DNA from: an uncultured Gemmatimonadales bacterium | Lineage (GTDB): Bacteria; Gemmatimonadota; Gemmatimonadetes; Longimicrobiales; RSA9 | DNA: 64,000 bases | Assembly (NCBI GenBank): GCA_963708135.1 | Contig: OY970192.1 | Location: 5,381,953 to 5,445,952, forward strand | Direction of reading: 5' to 3' | Shown here: positions 59,682-64,000 of the stretch, one piece after another | How positions within the stretch are numbered: position 1 is the first letter of the stretch | Layout: each line of letters opens with the position of its first letter | The notes under the pieces: generated by a model | Database searches by the model: none | Told to the model about the DNA's origin: nothing | Seen by the model: the letters and a program-made list of their open reading frames with translations, nothing else | Made by a program: the position numbers and the translations under genes

Positions 59682-60383
59682 ATGAAGTCGATGCGTCCGA
59701 TGGCGCGGCTGCTGGCCCTCGCGCTGCTCTGGCCCGTGGCCGCGTCCGCGCAGTCGCCGGACCGGCGGCCCGGGATCGCGGTCTTTCCGTTCACCAACGG
59801 TGGCTCCTACGGGCCGAACAAGGAGGACCTCTCGCCACTCGAGGTGGGGCTGCAGCAGATGCTGCTCACGGAGCTGGCGCAGAACACCAACCTGCGCGTG
59901 GTCGAGCGCAGCACGTTGAAGCAGATCCTGGACGAGCAGAACCTGGCCGCGTCGGGCCGGGTGGATGCCGCCACGGCCGCGAAGGTCGGCAAGCTGGTGG
60001 GCGCCCGCTACGCCGTGACCGGCGTGTTCGTGGACCTGTTCGGCAAGTTCCGGCTGGACGGCCGGGTCGTGGACGTCGAGACCGGCGAGATCCTGAAGAG
60101 CGCGCAGGAGACCGACAAGACGGAGGCGCTCTACGGCATGCTCGTCAAGCTCGCCGGGGATGTGACGAAGGACGTGAAGCTGCCGCCGCTGCCGGAGGCG
60201 GAGCGCAAGGCGCGCGAGAGCCGCGCGATCCCGGCCGAGGCCATCACGCTCTACTCCCGGGCCCAGGTCTACCAGGACGGCGGGCAGAAGGACAAGGCGG
60301 TGGAGCTCTACCGCCGGATCGTCGAGCGGTTCCCGCAGATGACGGAGGCCAGGGAGGCGCTGCAGCAGCTGACGTCGGACTGA
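59682..60383 (+). CDS. Periplasmic CsgG/HfaB/TolB_N-like protein with C-terminal TPR
   Basis: AGGAGG RBS; signal peptide [46 protein letters not shown]. Confidence 0.82.
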   Translation: MKSMRPMARLLALALLWPVAASAQSPDRRPGIAVFPFTNGGSYGPNKEDLSPLEVGLQQMLLTELAQNTNLRVVERSTLKQILDEQNLAASGRVDAATAAKVGKLVGARYAVTGVFVDLFGKFRLDGRVVDVETGEILKSAQETDKTEALYGMLVKLAGDVTKDVKLPPLPEAERKARESRAIPAEAITLYSRAQVYQDGGQKDKAVELYRRIVERFPQMTEAREALQQLTSD

Positions 60384-60432
60384 GCGGGCGGAGGGGGGCC
60401 GGCGGGCCGCGAGCCGGGGCCCGCGCCGGGCC

Positions 60433-61827
60433 TCAGCGGGTCGCGTCCTCGAGCAGCTTCAGGGCCGTGGGAGAGGGAACGCCGAGCAGGGTCTGCTCGG
60501 CGTTCTCGTGCGTTCCGCCGTAGAGCACGCCGATGACGCGGCCGTCGCGGTCGAAGATCGGGCTGCCGCTCGCGCCCGCGGCGCCGTAGCCGAGCACCTC
60601 GAGGCGGCCCGGCGCGAGGCCGCGCATGACGCCGGCGGTGAGCAGCGGGGCGGGGACGTGGGCGCCGGCGGTCGGATCGGCGGCGTCGCCTCCCATCGGG
60701 TAGCCCAGCAGCGCCACCGGGCTGCCCGGCGCGAGCGTGTCCGGGCGGGCATCGAAGCCGCGCACGACGGGCACGGCGCCCACGATGTTGTCCACCTTGA
60801 TGACGGCCACGTCCGCCACCGGATCGGCGGCCAGGATGCGCGCGGGCCAGACCTGGCGTGAGCCGGAAAACTGCACGGCGATGCGCGCCGCGGCGCGCCC
60901 CGTCCCGGTCCCGGCCACCACGTGCCGGTTGGTGAGGAACGTGCCGTCCGCCCGCACGGCGAACGCGGTGCCGGACGAGACCTGTCCGTCCCGGAACTCC
61001 ACGTACACCACGGCGATCGCCCGCTGGTTGGCCTTCCGGATGGCGTCGAAGTCGAGGCTCGCCGCGAGCTGCTGGCGCTCGAGCGCGGCGCTCACGGACT
61101 GCAGCCGGCGCTCGAGCGCCTGGACGTCCGCGGAGCGGGGATCCTGCGCGGTCGCGTCGCGCAGCCGGGTGCTCAGGGAGCCGACGCGCGCGCGCGACCG
61201 GCCGAGCGCGTCAGCCAGTCCGCCGACCTGCCCGCGCAGCCGGCGCACCGCCGTGTCACTGGCCACGAGCACGCTGTCCACGCGGTGCTGGAGCGTGGCG
61301 CGCTCCCGCTCCCACGTGCTGCGCTGGCGCCGCGTGACGGCCGAGAACACGGCCACGGCGCCCAGCAGCAGCACGGCCATGGCGGCCACGACCAGGCGCA
61401 GCCCGCGGGTCTGGCGGCGGACCTGGACGCGGATCCGCTGCGTCGCGCTCTCCGGGGGGCTGGCAGCCGTGCCCGGTTCGGAGCCGGCGGTGGCGGCGGT
61501 GGCGCGCGCGGCTTCGGGCGCGGCGGCCGTGAAGCGCAGCTCCGGGCCGGCCGGGCCGAGGCGGATGGTGTCGCCGGAGCGCAGGGCGGCCTCGGCGTGG
61601 ATGCGGGTGCCGTTCAGGTAGGTGCCGTTCCGGCTGCCGAGGTCGCGCAGCCGCCAGCCGTCGCCGGTGCGGGTGATGGCGGCGTGCCAGGCGGAGACCT
61701 CGGCGTCGGCGGCGGGGTCCAGCTGGAGCTCGGCGTCCGGATGCCGGCCGAGGCGGGTCTCGGCCGCGCTGAGGGGCTCCTCGCGGCCGGCCCGCGCGCC
61801 GGACAGGATGCGGAGGGTCGCGCTCAA
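60433..61827 (-). CDS. FHA domain - TM - coiled coil - trypsin-like serine protease
   Basis: FHA GRH..S.WHA..DLGSRNGT; one TM; triad TNRHVV / ADVAVI / GASGSP; TTG start. Confidence 0.85.
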   Translation of the reverse strand: MSATLRILSGARAGREEPLSAAETRLGRHPDAELQLDPAADAEVSAWHAAITRTGDGWRLRDLGSRNGTYLNGTRIHAEAALRSGDTIRLGPAGPELRFTAAAPEAARATAATAGSEPGTAASPPESATQRIRVQVRRQTRGLRLVVAAMAVLLLGAVAVFSAVTRRQRSTWERERATLQHRVDSVLVASDTAVRRLRGQVGGLADALGRSRARVGSLSTRLRDATAQDPRSADVQALERRLQSVSAALERQQLAASLDFDAIRKANQRAIAVVYVEFRDGQVSSGTAFAVRADGTFLTNRHVVAGTGTGRAAARIAVQFSGSRQVWPARILAADPVADVAVIKVDNIVGAVPVVRGFDARPDTLAPGSPVALLGYPMGGDAADPTAGAHVPAPLLTAGVMRGLAPGRLEVLGYGAAGASGSPIFDRDGRVIGVLYGGTHENAEQTLLGVPSPTALKLLEDATR

Positions 61828-61835
61828 GGCGGCCG

Positions 61836-62756
61836 CTAACGGTCCAGCTCGTACACCCGGCGGCGCACGATGTCGTCGGACTGCGGCTCGTCCAGGTCGG
61901 GGCCGTCCAGGCGCGCGAGCACGGCCGTGATGTTGTCCGGCCCGCCGCGCTCGCGTGCCAGTTCGACCAGTGTGTGGCAGGCGGCGGCCAGGTCCGGCGC
62001 CGCCTCGACGGTCGGCCCGAGCTCGTGGTCCTTGACGAGTCCCGACAGTCCATCGGAGCAGATGAGGACGATGTCGCCGCGGCGCGCCTGCTGGTAGGTC
62101 AGGTCCACGGCCACCTGCGGTCCGGTCCCGAGCGCCTGCAGGATGACGTTGCGGTGGGTGCTCTGCTCGGCCTCCTCGGGCGTGAGCTGCCCGGCATCCA
62201 TCAGCTCCTGCACCATGGACTGGTCGCGCGTGAGCCGCATGGCGTGGCCGCCGCGCAGCAGGTAGGCCCGGGAGTCGCCGACCTGCGCCAGGTAGAGGAA
62301 GCCGTCCAGCACGCCCACGGCGGTGGTGGTCGTGCCCATGCCCTGGTAGCCGGCATCCGTGGCGGCGGTCTGGTGGATGCGGGTGTTGGCCGCTTCCAGC
62401 GCCTCGCGCAGCCGCGAGGCGAACTGCTGCGGCAGGTCGTTGCGGTCGGCCGCCCACTTCGTGGCCATCTCCTCGAAGATGCACTCGACGGCGAGGCGGC
62501 TGGCCAGGTCGCCGGCCACGGCGCCGCCCATCCCATCGCTCACGACGAGGAGCGCGCCCTTCGGCCCGAGCGCGATCTCGCCATGCCCCACCGTGCCCGC
62601 CTGGAAGTCGTGGGAGGACATGAGCAGGGCACCGTCCGCGGCGGGGCGGGAGAGGTCCGCCACGAGGAAGCTGTCCTGGTTCTGCGTCCGCTTGCAGCCG
62701 ACGTCCGTGCGCGCGAGCACGCTGAGCTGCACCTGGGGGCGTCCGAAATCGAACAT
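61836..62756 (-). CDS. PP2C-family Ser/Thr protein phosphatase (Stp1/PrpC-like)
   Basis: TDVG..R..NQD, SDGMGG, VGDSRAY, CSDGL, GGPDNIT. Confidence 0.93.
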   Translation of the reverse strand: MFDFGRPQVQLSVLARTDVGCKRTQNQDSFLVADLSRPAADGALLMSSHDFQAGTVGHGEIALGPKGALLVVSDGMGGAVAGDLASRLAVECIFEEMATKWAADRNDLPQQFASRLREALEAANTRIHQTAATDAGYQGMGTTTTAVGVLDGFLYLAQVGDSRAYLLRGGHAMRLTRDQSMVQELMDAGQLTPEEAEQSTHRNVILQALGTGPQVAVDLTYQQARRGDIVLICSDGLSGLVKDHELGPTVEAAPDLAAACHTLVELARERGGPDNITAVLARLDGPDLDEPQSDDIVRRRVYELDR

Positions 62757-64000
62757 CAGGGCAGCCTCCCATGGCTGTACGCGCTCAGCAGCTGCCGGTA
62801 GGCGGACAGGTCGGGCCGCAGCACGACGGCCTTCTGCAGCGACGTCACGGCCTTCGCCGTGTCCCCGAGGGCGGCCTGCACGTTCCCCAGCACGAAGGCC
62901 GCGAGCGCGCGCGTGGTGTCGCTGACCGGCGCGTCGTAGACGGCCGCCAGCGTGTCCCCGATCGCCCGCAGCCTGGCATCGCTCAGGGGCGAGCTGGCGA
63001 GGAACACGGCGTCCTGCTGCCGGCTGACCAGCGCCTTCGCATCGCCCGGCCCGACCTCGACCGTCTGCTTCGGCGGCGCAGCCGGGGGCTTCGGGCTCGG
63101 CTCGGTACGGTGCCGGGTCGAGTCCGACGCGGGCTTCACGTGGCTGGAGTCCGCGATCACGACCGGCGGCACGGGCACCGTGTCCGGCCGCGGAGCCACC
63201 GAGTCCGACGGCTGCGGCTGCGGCGGGGCGTGGCTGCCGCCCCGCACCCAGAGCCCGGTGCCGGCCGCGGCGGCGATCAGCACGAGGGCGGCACCGATGG
63301 CGAGCGGTCGCCGGGAGCGCGACGCTCCGGCGGCGGGCGCCGGCGGCGCGGTGGCGGCGGCCACGCGCGTGGGCGGCAGCTCGGGGCCGGCTCCGCCGCG
63401 GGCGGCCGGGCGCGGCGCGGGAGGGGCCGGGGCGGCGGCGTGGAGGCTCCCCTCGACCGCGGCCAGCACGTCGCGGCCGAACTCGGCGGCGCTCTGGTAG
63501 CGGTCGGCCGGACTGCGCTGCAGTCCGCGCGTGAGCACCTCCTGGAGGCCGGGCGGGAAGGTCTGCCCGGGCGCGGCCTGCTCGAGCCGGAGCGGCGAGT
63601 CCGTGAGCCGCTTGAGCGCGAGGCCCTGGATGTCGTCCGCCTGGAAGGGGAGGGTGCCGGTGAGCGCGCGAAAGAGGACGAGGCCGAGGGAGTAGATGTC
63701 GCTGCGGCCGTCCAGCCGCTCGCCCATGAGCTGCTCGGGGCTCATGTACTCGGGGGTACCGACCACGAAGCCGAGGCGGGTGACCTCGGAGGCCTCGCCG
63801 TCGCGCGGGCCCTTGGCGATGTCGAAGTCCACCACCTTCACGCGGTCCCGTCCGTCCGGGCCCTGCGCCACCATGATGTTGCCGGGCTTCAGGTCACGGT
63901 GGACGATGTCGACCTCGTGCGCAGCCTGGAGTGCGTCCGCCACCTGCTTCGCGATCCACGCCGCGCGCGCCGGGTCGAGCGCACCCTCGCCCTCGAGCAC
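62756..64000 (-). CDS. Hanks-type Ser/Thr protein kinase, 5'-partial, with TM and extracytoplasmic TPR
   Basis: HRDLKPGN, DFDIAK, GTPEYMSPE, SDIYSLG; Pro-rich linker, TM, C-terminal TPR. Confidence 0.92.
   Translation of the reverse strand: MLEGEGALDPARAAWIAKQVADALQAAHEVDIVHRDLKPGNIMVAQGPDGRDRVKVVDFDIAKGPRDGEASEVTRLGFVVGTPEYMSPEQLMGERLDGRSDIYSLGLVLFRALTGTLPFQADDIQGLALKRLTDSPLRLEQAAPGQTFPPGLQEVLTRGLQRSPADRYQSAAEFGRDVLAAVEGSLHAAAPAPPAPRPAARGGAGPELPPTRVAAATAPPAPAAGASRSRRPLAIGAALVLIAAAAGTGLWVRGGSHAPPQPQPSDSVAPRPDTVPVPPVVIADSSHVKPASDSTRHRTEPSPKPPAAPPKQTVEVGPGDAKALVSRQQDAVFLASSPLSDARLRAIGDTLAAVYDAPVSDTTRALAAFVLGNVQAALGDTAKAVTSLQKAVVLRPDLSAYRQLLSAYSHGRLP

Noticed and set aside
55585..60383. Curli (type VIII secretion) operon
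   Set aside because: No curlin-repeat subunits and no csgE/csgF; only the CsgG-like fold is shared
60433..62772. 779-aa ORF suggesting a PP2C-FHA-protease fusion
   Set aside because: PP2C is in a different frame with its own stop at 61836; the FHA gene starts at TTG 61827

Overview
A very GC-rich bacterial chromosome segment. Gene content and style suggest a diderm, possibly Gemmatimonadota-like organism (my inference, not a database result). In order it holds: a partial GH63-like glucosidase, an S9 peptidase, an amidohydrolase and leuS; a cNMP-domain CPA1-like antiporter with altered ion-binding motifs; a hybrid histidine kinase; an orphan adenine methyltransferase and waaA; a JAMM protease with a Ubl(GG)-E1(MoeB)-rhodanese fusion, facing a convergent beta-propeller/Ubl pair; a complete cbb3 oxidase cluster (ccoNOQP-G-H-I-S plus a DsbD_2/TauE gene); a response regulator/EAL pair and an ABC exporter; a complete his operon with a HisD-HisC fusion and a clear His-leader attenuator; a decayed accessory patch (antitoxin, broken ParE, IS481 and DUF1801 remnants) followed by small cargo-like genes; and a four-gene envelope operon (two CsgG/TolB_N-like TPR proteins, a predicted beta-barrel, an Ig-repeat lipoprotein) converging on a Ser/Thr kinase-PP2C-FHA/trypsin operon. 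A ~50-bp dispersed repeat occurs four times (one copy partial), three times inside reading frames. No rRNA, tRNA or CRISPR array was seen. All family calls come from recognising motifs by eye.
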